DNA of 61,873 nt, counting the filler, from Nemertoderma westbladi (lineage: Eukaryota; Animalia; Xenacoelomorpha): NCBI GenBank assembly GCA_032718475.1. It is 3 parts of 3 records of this genome, joined end to end, with 100 filler letters (N's around TTAATTAATTAA, not from the genome) between each part and the next. Parts side by side here need not be neighbours in the genome. Positions count along the whole stretch, not along the records: positions 1 to 23,975 come from JAUCBJ010005373.1; 2 more parts are not named here. One strand, written 5' to 3'. Below the pieces are notes generated by a model. The model had not been told where the DNA came from. It worked only from the letters and a program-made list of their open reading frames with translations, and searched no databases. Position 1 is the stretch's first letter, and the number at the start of each line of letters is the position of its first letter. The translations under genes were made by a program, and so were the position numbers. This document shows positions 1 through 12,073 of the stretch, piece by piece.

Positions 1-61
1 CTCGATGTTGTTGCAATAACTTAGAATAGCAAACTGGACATTTTTCATTTAAAATATCCAT
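1..61 (-). CDS. 5' end of a possible CxxC/RING-like ORF running off the window edge (MDILNEKCPVCYSKLLQQHR...)
   Basis: ATG at 61-59 in an A-rich context; CPVC motif; TATA-like tract about 125 bp upstream on the minus strand (183-193). Only 20 codons are visible. Confidence 0.3.
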   Translation of the reverse strand, partial: MDILNEKCPVCYSKLLQQHR

Positions 62-226
62 TTTCCAAATTTTAAAGTAAATTGAAAATAATTACCACAA
101 TACACAACAACAACAACAAACAAAACTGTTATACTGTATATACAAATACTACTACAATTTTCGATTATTTAAAAACAACAAAATTTTATATATAATCATA
201 AAATATTTATAATATAGAGGGAAAAG

Positions 227-673
227 TCAAGAATCAATGATATTATCAACATATTCAACATTATCCGCTGATTCTTCAGGTTCGACAAAGGATTCTTTTG
301 AAATCATTACAATAAAGAAAGACATAATTTCGTAGGGGCTATGCCGATTTAGCCGTATTTCAAACTTTTCACCAGCTTCGTTGTATTGTGTAATAACAAT
401 AAATCCCTCTATCATGGATAATAGTAAAATGTTGCTTAATTTTCCTCCCCCATGCTCAGCTTTCAGGTTGTAATCTAAAAGATGAATACTATTATCAGAA
501 GCATCAATATCAATTGAGCTTAAAACTTTCCTGGCTTTTTCAGAAAATTCAATTTTATATTTATCATCTCCCTGACGGTAAATTGTATAATCAATAACAA
601 TATAGGCTTGACCATCTTCTGCAAAAAATGAATGCCTTACCATTGGCATAACCATATTGGAATCAGAAGACAT
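227..673 (-). CDS. Hypothetical intronless 148-aa protein with acidic C-terminus
   Basis: Open frame in very AT-rich DNA with globular composition; A-rich sequence before the ATG; TATA-like TATATATA about 100 bp upstream (~769-778). No family recognised. Confidence 0.55.
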   Translation of the reverse strand: MSSDSNMVMPMVRHSFFAEDGQAYIVIDYTIYRQGDDKYKIEFSEKARKVLSSIDIDASDNSIHLLDYNLKAEHGGGKLSNILLLSMIEGFIVITQYNEAGEKFEIRLNRHSPYEIMSFFIVMISKESFVEPEESADNVEYVDNIIDS

Positions 674-899
674 TATTTAATTTATTTTATTGTAAATCAA
701 ACAAACAAAGTAAAAACTTTTAAACTAAAACCATTACAAATGATTAATTGCGATTAAAGCAAGAGATTATATATATAAGATATTTTCAAAAATAATACAG
801 GTCTTAAACTGAGAAATAGCCTAAATTCGGTTTATTGATTGGTTGATTAGCTGGTGAGTAACTACTGTATAAACAAAAAAATTATTGCGTAATAATCAC

Positions 900-2885
900 T
901 AATGCTCGTATACGCGTAGCTAGAACGTGACGGAATCTCATGTATCATACTGCTTGGTTTGTTGATTTGGCGACAGCAGTCGTGGAGTTGGCAATCAATA
1001 TAACATAATATATGCGTGATGCGTGTAGTTGGTGGCCACGTTGTCTGAATATACAGTATACAGTGGTTGGTTGCGTGGATAGGAAATAACTATGGAAATA
1101 TTCGTATACGTGTAGCTAGAACGTGGCGGAATTTCAACACGTATCATAATAGCGTTGGGGTAGGCAGGCCGCTTGGTTGGTTGGATTGATTGGTTTGGCG
1201 ACAGCCGTCGAGGAGTAGCCGTGCGTGGCTAGCGACGGTGGTGGTGGTGGTGAGTTGGCAATCGATTCGATATAATAGCGTAGTGGGGGCTAGCCATGCG
1301 ATGAGAAGTTAGGTTACGCGAAGATGAATATGCGATGGTTGGTTGATGCAACGACTCGAATCAATACTCGCGGGTGGTAACAGTTGTCGAGTAAGGCAGG
1401 CATCGCGAGGTTAGGCTACGCGTAGGTGATAAGCAACGATTGGTTGAAGGCAACTATATTGATGGTGACAGATGGCCATTAAACACCACGATTTAGCACC
1501 GGAATTTGGCATTTTTTAATTGCCTCCGAGATGCGAGCCGTAGCCCAAGCTAGGGAGGAGTTCGGTGAGAACTATGCTTCTCCTACTACTTCCGAATGGC
1601 GTGAGAATCGCCATCAGGTCTCGCTCCCTATCCTCGCCGAATATGGTCTGTAGTCTCTCGTGGGCTGTCGGGCAGTCCATGCCGACTATGAGAGATACTT
1701 TCGGGACATCCAGTTTGGGTACGGAGAAATCGATCTCATCCAGGTACCGGTATTGCTCGACCTCGATCTTTGTGGGCCGCCTGGCGTTTATATTGATCGA
1801 TTCTATTATATGAATAGGATGGATGGTAGCCCCATAATCGCAACCTGGTGTTATTGCTGATATTTCGCAACGCACCGTTCTCATCCTCAAGACCTCGTCC
1901 TTACTCGAGATAGTGGTTACCGCCATTTTGCTTGTCCTCGTCCGCAACCCTATCTCTTCGGCCATACAACTTTCCACTAGCGTGAATGCTGCTCCGCTGT
2001 CGACCAACATTAGCGTCGTGACCGACCACTCATCCTCTCCTATTATCCTCACCAGTACCACCCCAAGTAGTACCATTCCCCTTTTCTTCGCTCCCGTGGT
2101 GCTTGTTGCCATCGTCTGGCCTCCATTTTCGTCAACCTAGTCCTATTTTACTGACTGGTGCTTCCTTGCACTCGGCGAATCTGTGTCCTCCTACCGCGCA
2201 TTGATGACATAGTCCATTCTTACCAGTGTAGGCTACCCGATCTTGTTTAAGTAACGCCTGCTAATGCTTGCAGTCCATGGTCTTGTGGAATCCGTTTCTA
2301 TGCAATTGACATTTGTAATTGGGATTGTAGTGTTCCTTGTATAGCACTTCACGTATCCCGCGTAGGTTCATATCTAGCAGTTTAGTGTTTTGGTTATTTG
2401 GACTCGGCCTACTGGGGGTATTAGGTTCGTATTTGTTTGTGTTGTTGTTTTGTTTCTGTCCCTGCCACGGTGTGGCCCTACTCCCAGCTCCTTGTGGACT
2501 ACAAGTCCCCTGCGTACCTGCATGCGGTAGCGACTGTCTCACTCTCGGAAATGCATCCGCCGAACTATGTTCTGGTTTAGATCGGCTGCATTCCGCTTTC
2601 CGTACCTTACCGAGACTGTCCTCACTATAAACTGGGTCTGTGATCAATTCCGCTTCATAGTTAAGGAAGTTCGACATCTCCTCCAGCCCTGGCTCTGCAC
2701 CTTTCCTCTCCCGGGTGGAGAAAGCAATCTTTCTCCACTTGTTTCTCAGCCAGATCGGTAGTGCCTGCGCTATTGTAGTGATGTTGTTTGATGCATTGAG
2801 TTTGTAAGGTGCATCTAGGGTCTTTAATACAATTAGCGCCTTTTCTACTTTATTCGCGAAGGTTTTGATGCTGACAGGGTTATCC
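900..2885 (-). mobile_element. Truncated BEL/Pao LTR retrotransposon (gag + aspartic protease; RT/IN absent) with a possible LTR-like repeat region at ~900-1500
   Basis: Gag segment FLNYEAELITDPVYS; CCHC knuckle CHQCAVGGHRFAEC read past the stop at 2261 (~2168-2209); protease LVDSGAAFTLV...LIVGMD...TPFG; duplicated CGTAT-CG-GTAGCTAGAACGTG-CGGAAT at ~907 and ~1103. Confidence 0.8.
1516..2112 (-). pseudogene. BEL/Pao aspartic protease fragment
   Basis: DSGA catalytic motif and Pao-type LIVGMD / TPFG motifs; separated from gag by stops/frameshift. Confidence 0.8.
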
Positions 2886-3059
2886 TGGAGTCAGTCTGAT
2901 GTTATACCCCTCAAGTTTTGTCAGATAATCTTTTTTTCGTTGTTAAAATTCCAAAAATGTTAAAATTAAAATGTTAGGCGTGTAAATAACGAAATCATAG
3001 TGCGGGTAAATAACTAATAAATTTTTACTGCAGTATTTTTTACTGCCCCTTTACGGGCT

Positions 3060-3983
3060 CCATAGCTTTCGCTTCACCAAGCCAACATTTCGGTACATAA
3101 CCGCATTAATAGAAAATGATATAAATCGAGCAACAGGTCGTAACCACGCTCTGAGTCCGGCATTACAACTGGCTATAGCGCTGCGATTTTATGCTAGGGG
3201 TTCATTTTTAAATGTTGTTGGAGATACCAATGCTGTTGTGAAATCCAGTATTAGTAAAACTATTTATCGTGTGACGAATGTTTTAATTAAACACATAAAC
3301 GAATTTGTCCAAATGCCAAGAAACGAAGAAGGTCTCCTGAAACTCAAAGAAGACTTTTTTTAGTCGCTGGATTTCCAGGAGTAGTGGGTGCAGTCGATAG
3401 CACCCATGTAGAAATTCAAGCTCCAAGTGGAGATCAGAGTAGTTATTACATCAACAGGCATGGCTACTATAGCATCAATGTGCAGGCTATCTGTGATGCA
3501 GATGGAAAATTCTTAGATATAGTGGCAGACTGGCCCGGCAGCGTACACGATTCTAGAATTTTGAAGAACAGTAGGATTGGGATGGATTTTGAATCAGGCC
3601 GACGTAGAGGTATTCTACTAGGAGACAGTGGTTACGCGAACCGCTGTTGGTTACTGACACCGCTGCTAGTACCCGCTAACGTTTCTGAAGAACGATATAA
3701 TAAATCACATAAATCTACTAGAAATGTGATAAAACGAAGTTTTGGTGTACTTAAGCGGATATTCCATTGCCTTGGTGGAAAAATGAGAATGAGTCCTGAG
3801 CGTGTATGTCACATCATTGCTTCATGTGCGATTTTGCACAACATTACCTCTATGCGCGGCGAGCCCTTTCCCCCTGACAATGGTGAAGAATTACAAGGAG
3901 GAAACGACGTCAATGAGGATTTCAGAGGCCCACACGATGGTGTTTTGTTTCGTCAGCATTTTATTACGAAATACTTAATATAA
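3060..3983 (+). pseudogene. PIF/Harbinger (HARBI1-like) DDE transposase, 5'-truncated and frameshifted at a T-run (~3355-3361)
   Basis: Upstream frame FRFTKPTF...HALSPALQLAIALRFYARGS; downstream ORF GAVDSTHV, YYINRHGYYSINVQAICD, WPGSVHDSR, LLGDSGY, YNKSHKSTRNVIKRSFGVLKR (K where the catalytic E is usually found). Confidence 0.9.
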
Positions 3984-4554
3984 GTAAATATATTTAATTT
4001 ATGTATTTAATTAATGTATTTTAAACATCGAAAGCAAGTTATATTTATATTTATTTATATAAAAGCCATAAAGTTATAAACAACTAACTAATAAACCTTA
4101 TAATCTAAACAGCTATAAAGTAAAGGAAACTTGATAAATACTGTATTTGTAACCTATACTATAAAATATAGGAAATTTGATGAATGAGCCTGAAATTCAA
4201 AAACATACTCCTTTGGTCTCATCTTTTGGTTTATCTTGCTCAATTTAATCAGAGTTGTGTCAAAATTCCTATATGAAACAAGTCTTGATTAGGGAAGTGA
4301 GTTTTCCGGAAATATGTTTATTCAAGGAAATTTCATAAAAGTATACTTCACCCGCAGTTACGACCACAAGAGCCACAACACAGAACCACTACAACACCAG
4401 TAAGCAGGAATCACTTCTTTCTAGTGACTCTACTTGTGTTTTCCTATGTTTTTCAGAACGTGTATTCATAAACTGACAAAATAGCAAGAGGTCCAGTATT
4501 AAACTATGAAAAGAGTTAAAATAAATGGAAGAATCTTTTTAGGCTCGTTAAGCC

Positions 4555-4850
4555 AAGGAATGCCTGTTCACCACCATGGGTGATCTTCCACAGTAAACCC
4601 TTCCACTCTGTTTCCTAAAGGAATGCCTGTTCACCTCCATGGGTGATCTTCCACAGTAAATCCTTCCACTCTGTTTCCCAAGTTGCCTTGGTTCCCATTT
4701 ATCGACCACTGAAGGATGAAAGCCAGGGTTGGGCTTGGCTGCAGCATTTAAAGCACTGTGCCCAAACAGTGCTGCCCCATCTAGGGATTGAACCAGGGCT
4801 TTCTAATTGGAAGCCCAGGAATGTCACCAATAGACCAAGCTGCCGCTTGG
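4555..4850. repeat. SINE-like repeat preceded by a ~62-bp tandem duplication
   Basis: Two copies of AAGGAATGCCTGTTCACC-CCATGGGTGATCTTCCACAGTAAA...; then CCCATTTATCGACC...GGGATTGAACC...ACCAATAGACCAAG, resembling a tRNA-related SINE/LINE tail. Confidence 0.45.
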
Positions 4851-5431
4851 TCTAGAGTTATAGAGTTTAAGAGCGAAAATTGAAAATGTATTAATTTCAG
4901 AAATTGCGTTCAATATAAAACATAGCAGGCCTAATAATGAAATTGACAAAACACAAACAAAAGTCACAATCACAAATTTAGTTCAATTCAAATCCTATTA
5001 CCGTTATTACTATTTTATGCAATTAATATGAGGATATTTCTGTAAATATTTACTATTAAAAGTTAATTTTATATAACAACAATTAATAAAAAACGAAATT
5101 GTCCGAAAGATCTCTAGAAAATTTCCTTACATTTCCTGACTCACATCCCTAATCTTGATACATTATATACACAACATTATTTTGAATAGTAAATGCTTTG
5201 TATGAGAAACAACACTTAACTTAAACTAAGTGGCCATTTAACAAAGTGGGCATTTAAAATTATTAAGTGGCCATTTTAGGATAAGTGGGCACTTAGTTTG
5301 AGAAACCGGGCCATAGTGTCATTTTCTGATGACACGGAACCCCCCCCCCCCCCCCCAGATTTTTCTACAAATCTTTATCATATTGCTTGAAATTTGAAAC
5401 ACCTCTAGTTCCACTCACCGTCGATGACCCC

Positions 5432-6041
5432 ATGAAGCCGGAATTTTCGATTTTGCCTTTAACTATTTTTTATAAGCGTTTTAAAAAAGTGTATTTTGCG
5501 AAATCGCAACCTTCATATAGTGGAAATTCTTCACATTAGTCGTAATTTCATTTTTTCATATCATTAGAAAGAACAATATGTAACAATATCTGAATTTCAT
5601 TGAGAAACAGCTGAGAAATAGGCGTTCAAAGATTGCAAGAAGTATTGTTCGCTGAAGGCCATTTATTATATTTAATTAATACACGATGTTCTGGAACATT
5701 TTGTTTAAGTATGAATAGCTACACAATAGATATATTGGATAGGAATACCGCTGTTGCCAACCAACTTATAAAATAAATAACACCTTCTAGAATTTTGTGT
5801 ATTTATTAAATAGAATAAATGGCCTGCAGCGATGGATAATTCTTGCAATCTCGAATCTCAACGAAATTAATACATTGTTACATATTTGGAATCCTTGCAA
5901 CGCAAGATTCCTAATGATATGAAAAAATTACTTCTAATGTGAAGAATGGCCACGATACGGAGGGCGCGATTTCGCAAAAGTCACTTTTTTAAAGCGCTTA
6001 TAATAAAAATTTATAGGCAAAATCGAAAATTACGGCTTCAT
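5432..6041. mobile_element. ~610-bp foldback/palindromic MITE
   Basis: ATGAAGCCGGAATTTTCGATTTTGCCT (5432) is inverted at 6015-6041; imperfect inverted symmetry continues inward (e.g. GATTGCAAGAA at 5631 vs TTCTTGCAATC at ~5840). Confidence 0.8.
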
Positions 6042-7344
6042 CAGAATTATCACAGACATCCATATATATGTATATTTTAACTGATAGGAAGATTATCGCC
6101 ATCAACTTGGATAATATACAGAAATGTATCCCACGGAAATGTATTCGCTCCCAAAGCACTTTATCCGTTCCTGGTTGAGTGTTGAGGGTTCAGTTCAGAT
6201 CCCATGTTTTTTTCTACCCCACCAGTACCGATGGCCGCCACTGGTACAGTCGCGGCCATCTATTACAGTATTAACAGTCGTCTGTCACATCAACACCAAA
6301 TAATAGTCTGTCACAATTTAATCCTAAGTGTTTTGACTTGTGTCAGTACCGAAAACTAAACTAGACCAACGTAGTCCTTGCCGTTCCCGGATTCCTTAAT
6401 AATACTGTATCGGTTCGGTAGGCCTACTACTGTACAGTACAGAATGAAGTAATTTCCTTAGTTACGGATATCAGCTGATATGATTTTGATTATATCGAAT
6501 TTAAGGAACCCCATTTAGATAATCGGAATTTTTTGAAGCCCTTGACTGTTGGTAGACTATCTGGTACTGTTATCTGACTATTGTTGAGTTTTTCTGACTG
6601 TTGGTAGGTCTTTTTGACTGTTTGTCCTCAATACAACAGTATTGTCCTTGTCCTATCCTTATAAAACACGTGGTAAATACTTTAGTAAATTATTGTATTC
6701 TTGTAAAAATCATTTTCAATTACTTTAGTGTTCCAGAATTTTTAATTTATTAGCTGGTCTAATCAAAGCGTCATTACTGTGCCTTGTATACACCGCCTAC
6801 AAATTTTTAAAAGCTATTTTTTCCAGGTTAATTTATTATTATTAATGTTACAGAACATCGCCTACCCATATAATAATATAAATGAAAATTGAACTGAAAA
6901 CTGAAAATATTATTTTAAAATAATATTTTTACATTAAATTGACACTAGTTCGCCATGAACTGGTGTGTTATTGGTACAGCCCCTTCAAAATTTTTAATAT
7001 AGCTACAGTAGTTTATGCTACTTTTTTGTTCTAGAATATGTAAGCGGTACTAGTAGCATATGTGTCTCAAATTTGTAATAATTTTTTTATGACCACTTTT
7101 CACTTTTATTTATGTATTATGGACGATTGTATAAATTTTAGTTATGTTGTGTTTTTTATGGAAGCTACTGTAGTGGAATAACTAAAATTCTGGAATAATT
7201 GTTTCATTGAAAACATTAAATTCTGTTGCACTAGCAATTATTTTCAAATAAGTAATGCAAACATATTCATTTATTTATTCTATTCATTTATTTAATGTAT
7301 CAAATCAGTCAAATTATAAAATATTAGCTAGTATGAAAATAAAA

Positions 7345-8320
7345 AACTAGTATAACGGCCCGTTTCCGCGCAGCTTTTTTTCAAGCTTTTTTTTAGTTAA
7401 AACAATTTCTAGAAATTAATTGCTTCAAGATGAATCTGCGAATTTTCGAATACTAAAACCTAACTAAACTATAGAATAAAGCTCAAAAAATAGCTTGTAA
7501 AAAAGCTCAAAAAGAACCTTAAAAAAAGCTCAATAAAAAGCTGGGTCGAATTTTGAAAATATTACGATTATACGTATTTTCGTCTTGACTTGTCCTGTTG
7601 CGCGTTTTGGGGATCACGTTACCAAAAGACATTCCTTGATGTCTCGGTATGCAATCCCCTGGCTCAGTCGAATGCCGCCGAGTCTGCTCATCTACACCAC
7701 GAGGCCCGCAAACGCAACCACTATGAGGAATGGGTACGTGAGATCGAGCTCGCCACCTTCACTTCACGCCTTTGATTGTTTCGGCATTTGGTGGACTCTC
7801 CCCGACGACAACCAAGTTTATCAAACGTCTTGGAATTCTCCTGTCTGAGAAGCGCGAGACGCCTTATTTGGAGTGCGTCCGCTGGGTTCGTCGCGAAGTG
7901 AGCTTCGCCCTTCTCCGTGCATTTCGTACTTCGAGGTACATTGGTATTTAATGATACACCACTTGCTCCTAATGCTTGAAAAAAAGCTTAAGAAAACCTT
8001 GAAAAAAAGCTAGAAAAAAAGCTCAAAAAAAAGCTTGAAAAAAGCTCAAAAAAAAAAGTTCAGAATACCTCACATAAAAAGACAGCACGGAAACAGGCCT
8101 TTAAGTCCCGACTTTTTTTGCGAAGCCAATATTTTACCTTCAAAAATTCCTGACATTTGCGAAAATCGCGACGTTTGCGAAATTTGCAACGTTTGCGAAA
8201 TTCGCGAAGAATCCGTCAATTTCTGTGCCCTAATGATATTTTGGCAGGTACCACAAGCAGACAGATCTCACGATTGTTTGTTGGTGTATACCTAAGTCTC
8301 CTTCGAGAGAGGCTTTAGTT
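7345..8320 (+). mobile_element. Helentron/DINE-like non-autonomous element carrying a captured CRE-type fragment
   Basis: Inverted pair GGCCCGTTTCCGCG (7357) / CACGGAAACAGGCC (8086); AAAAAGCT repeats; terminal hairpin 8294-8315. Confidence 0.45.
7585..7930 (+). pseudogene. Restriction-like endonuclease (C-terminal) fragment of a CRE-clade non-LTR retrotransposon
   Basis: FWGSRYQKTFLDVSVCNPLAQS...HEARKRNHYEEWVREIELATFT / LIVSAFGGLS...FIKRLGILLSEKRETPY...WVRREVSFALLR, with one frameshift. Confidence 0.75.
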
Positions 8321-8893
8321 TACTTTTAGTCCAAATTGGTGGTCGCTTTTTCCCTTTCAGCATAAGTTTGTAAACATCCAATAATGGTCTATTTAGCACG
8401 CCTGTTTTCCAAAATTGTAACATTACTCAACGCCGCTAGTATTAACAGCGAGTTGTTATTTAGCACTTTACAACTTTAGAGGACATTACAGCATTGTATT
8501 AGCCTGTACATTGAGTATTGTATTTGGTGTTATTGTTTACTTGACGACGCATGGCGACGTTAAGTAATGTCCACTAAGGGGACATAACTTAACGCCGTCA
8601 TTGGATACCACATAAACAATAGGTGGAAATTTGCCTGACAGCCAGATAGGCCTACTGCATTACCTACCGGTAGGCGGGGTATAGCTATTAATAACCAGTA
8701 GGGCCTAGCTATATTATTATAACATGGCTCCAAACGCCGTGATAAATATAAGCTAACTTATTTATAACATAATTTATGTCATTTTTACAATTATTTATAC
8801 AACAACTAATACAATAATTTGTGCAGTTTCTATCACTTATAATGTATATGTACAATCATTTCGTAATGTTAAAATTTTTGAATAAAACTACAA

Positions 8894-9028
8894 ACATACT
8901 TGTTGCAAAGTACTTTACAGTGTTCTGATCCTCGTGGCTTTATTTTCACTCACTCACTAACGTTCGTTCGTGTAACAAAGCCACTCGGATCATCACACTG
9001 TAAAGTGCTACTTTACACACAAGTATGT
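8894..9028. repeat. 135-bp palindromic MITE/hairpin
   Basis: ACATACTTG...CTTTACAGTGT...GATCC..GTGGCTTT is inverted as AAAGCCAC..GGATC...ACACTGTAAAG...CAAGTATGT. Confidence 0.75.
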
Positions 9029-9798
9029 AAATAGTTATAATCTGTGTTATTTCGCAGTATGCCCAAGAACCAAATACTGTTCGCCCTTTGACACTCTGAT
9101 GTTTATTTTTGACCCTTTGAGTCATTCGACCTTTTCACTCTTTCGTTCGACCTTTTGTCATGAAATAGTCATGGCCAAGCCTCAGCTTTACTTACTCCAT
9201 CCACTACTACTACTATTATCGGCCTGCTGCATTGAAACTGCCCAATGAGATGCTATGGCAGCTTAACAAAAACATTTTGTCACCACCATGCAATCCACAA
9301 TTGCCAAGCCCAATGCAGCATGCAGTAAGAATGCTATGCCGGCTTAACAACAAAGTTGCACCGCCACAACTCCATACCCATCATGACTTTCGCTAGATTA
9401 TCCGCATCTTCATAGCCACTGGCCAGTGTCCCTTAGGCGGCGTTTCACGACTGTCATGGGCTGTCCACCATGCTTATTTTCTCCATGGGGCTGTCAAAGC
9501 TGAGACACAGTGAACCCGACATAGCGTTCTTGTGAATGTGCCATCCAGAGATTTGGTCCAGAGATGTGCCATTCAGACACCCACATTACCATTTGTATTA
9601 GAAATTGCAATTGCATTATAGTAAATGGTTGGTTGGTTCATGTCTCATAAACTGACACTATATTACTATGGGTCATGGTGAATATAAACAGAAGATTAAA
9701 TATAGATATATATATTAAATAAAGATATAATATTTAGTATTGTGACATGTATCTCATTAATTTATATTGTATCGCCCCATTAACTTATTTACGTGCTG

Positions 9799-10800
9799 CT
9801 ACTTTGGACCTACTATTAACCATTGTTTAATTCCATAAATATTACTAATAATTGTTTCATGCACATGGTGGTTAATAACCAGGAAAGCACACGGCACACA
9901 AAATGTATATAATATTATAAATATCTCAGTTATAACTAATAATTGTGAATTATTTATATCCCACGTCACAAATGTTATATACTCGACAATTTGCTCTGGG
10001 AAACGTAAAATTAAGAAAATAAATAGAATTGTTATTAATAATTTAGTGTCTGTTTTGCAAACCAAATTCCAATCTATATGCCTGAACTTAAAATATGGCC
10101 TGACAGATATGTACATAATAGAACATAATATTGAAATATAAGGAAGTAAAATAAATACCGTTTTAACAATTCCATTAAAAACTAAACTTAGAGAATTCAA
10201 TGATGTTCTTGTGAAACAAACAGGTTCATCATTAGCTATTTGGCGTGTCACCATGGACATATGATAATGAATGCTCACATTAATAATTGTAATTAAAAAT
10301 ATAAGAATTGATATAACATTAATATGCCCAATAACTATGTGGAGTTTGAAGAACTTTATAATCTGTTCATAATATTTATTCAAATTGTCGACATAGTAGA
10401 GAAATATACCAATACTAGTGAGAAAAAGCGAAAAATTTCTTAGACCAATTCGTATGAAACACACATAAACAACATAAACGAGCTTAGAAAAGGCTCCCGT
10501 AGGCTCGCGAACAGTATATATTACAATAGATCTGTCACCGATACTGGGTACAACCCACTGTAGAAGAAATATTATATCTCCTAAACAATGCAATTGGAAT
10601 AAATGATGAATTCGATCCCCACGGAGAGATTTTGAACATTTCAAAAGCAAAAACGTCAATATATTTATTGGTAGACTTAGTATATATATGAAATATGGTA
10701 AAACATATTCTCCAACAATTTTATAATCTTTAATATTATTATAGTTCAAATTAATATTATCATCGTAAACAGTTGTTATATTATGATACATTTTCAACAA
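9799..10800 (-). CDS. Divergent intronless rhodopsin-class (class A) 7TM GPCR
   Basis: About seven hydrophobic segments; LSLPINILTF (TM1), LGD (TM2), LRFP (TM6). The start is uncertain (TTG called; an ATG lies three codons downstream). Confidence 0.75.
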   Translation of the reverse strand: MLKMYHNITTVYDDNINLNYNNIKDYKIVGEYVLPYFIYILSLPINILTFLLLKCSKSLRGDRIHHLFQLHCLGDIIFLLQWVVPSIGDRSIVIYTVREPTGAFSKLVYVVYVCFIRIGLRNFSLFLTSIGIFLYYVDNLNKYYEQIIKFFKLHIVIGHINVISILIFLITIINVSIHYHMSMVTRQIANDEPVCFTRTSLNSLSLVFNGIVKTVFILLPYISILCSIMYISVRPYFKFRHIDWNLVCKTDTKLLITILFIFLILRFPEQIVEYITFVTWDINNSQLLVITEIFIILYTFCVPCAFLVINHHVHETIISNIYGIKQWLIVGPK

Positions 10801-10945
10801 ATCATTTAATTATACAATGTTTCTGGGAACTTTAATTCTGGAAACGATGATATGTTGTCATAATAATAACAACATAGCATTGAAAATGTTCTTGAAATAT
10901 TACTAAATGTGTTTATTGCCACTGCAAATTGTTGTTTCAATTTAT

Positions 10946-12073
10946 TCATTTGTTAAATTTTATCACTTTCTTATAAATGTAGTTGATACTATTACTTAGC
11001 AGTCCAATCGCAGCATGTCTGAAGACTGGGAGAATGAAAAGCAATAGTGTTAAGTTTATACTAGCCTTTATATACAATGTGAAAGAATGAAATCTTGTTA
11101 AATATAATATAAAGTCATGTTCGAATATACTGAGAATGGGATTACCTGTGTATATAGTAATACTAGTTCCAAGGGTTCTTATTTCTTGGGCCAATGCAGG
11201 TAACAATAGCAACACAAATGCAGACCCTTCTACAATGAATGCTGTGGTAATTCGTTTATCATTTTTTCTTTGTTTTTTCTTAATTGCAGTGAGTTTTCCT
11301 ACACCCTTTCTTGCCCGGTTAACTAATTGCATTATTATCATTGTGTTTAAGACCAACACAAGTACAAATGGTGTTATTGTTGTGAATATGATATTATGTA
11401 ATTTTATATAATATTTATATTCTGGTGTTATATATATTTCTTGGCACTCTGTTATGTAGATTGATGCATAATAATAGGAAGATGTTGCAGTTATAGCTGT
11501 CATTATAACATTAAAACAAAAGAAATTCATCAAAATCATCCTTAATGATTTTGGTGACAATATTGTATTGTAAGATGTTGGGAGGTAAACAGCTACAAAA
11601 CGATCAATGCAAACAAATACCTGCATCCAGTATGACATATTTGTGGGACCATCACGTAATAATGGTTTGAAAAAACATTGGAAAATATTAAAGAATATAG
11701 ATTCTTTTTTAATGTATTTAGCTAACAAATAATGTATAAATATAAAAATATCCATTAAGGCCATCAATCCCATAAGAAGCCCCACATTATTTTTCCTTAA
11801 ATTTTTTGATGTCAGAATAGCTAGTATTAATATGAGATTGGATGGCAAGCCATAGAAATAAATTATATTTGGTATTAAGTTATTGCCTGACACTTCAATA
11901 TCATTCAATATTGCAATATAGTAGTCGCAGCGACCAAACAAACGTCCATGGTCTGCACATATATATGAGTATTCTTCGGATACCGTGGTTTTAAGATCAA
12001 TAATTGTTGCCTCTGAAATTGTTGTTGAGATGTTTCCATAAGATATTGAACTATTCCCATCAATACCTGACAT
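10946..12073 (-). CDS. Intronless rhodopsin-class GPCR (peptide/chemoreceptor-like)
   Basis: N-terminal NxS/T sites, YGLPSN (TM1), MALMD (TM2), CIDRFVAVYLP (DRY-like), TPF..VLVLN (TM5), basic ICL3, LLLLP (TM6), SINL..FR (TM7/H8); AATAAA overlaps the stop codon. Confidence 0.9.
   Translation of the reverse strand: MSGIDGNSSISYGNISTTISEATIIDLKTTVSEEYSYICADHGRLFGRCDYYIAILNDIEVSGNNLIPNIIYFYGLPSNLILILAILTSKNLRKNNVGLLMGLMALMDIFIFIHYLLAKYIKKESIFFNIFQCFFKPLLRDGPTNMSYWMQVFVCIDRFVAVYLPTSYNTILSPKSLRMILMNFFCFNVIMTAITATSSYYYASIYITECQEIYITPEYKYYIKLHNIIFTTITPFVLVLVLNTMIIMQLVNRARKGVGKLTAIKKKQRKNDKRITTAFIVEGSAFVLLLLPALAQEIRTLGTSITIYTGNPILSIFEHDFILYLTRFHSFTLYIKASINLTLLLFILPVFRHAAIGLLSNSINYIYKKVIKFNK

Noticed and set aside
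3384-3983. Domesticated host HARBI1 gene
   Set aside because: It is 5'-truncated, frameshifted and embedded among TE debris, so a Harbinger remnant is more likely. The T-run frameshift could be a sequencing error.
4770-4850. tRNA gene
   Set aside because: Only a degenerate B-box-like GGTTCAATCCC is present on the minus strand, with no convincing cloverleaf; it is better explained as a SINE.
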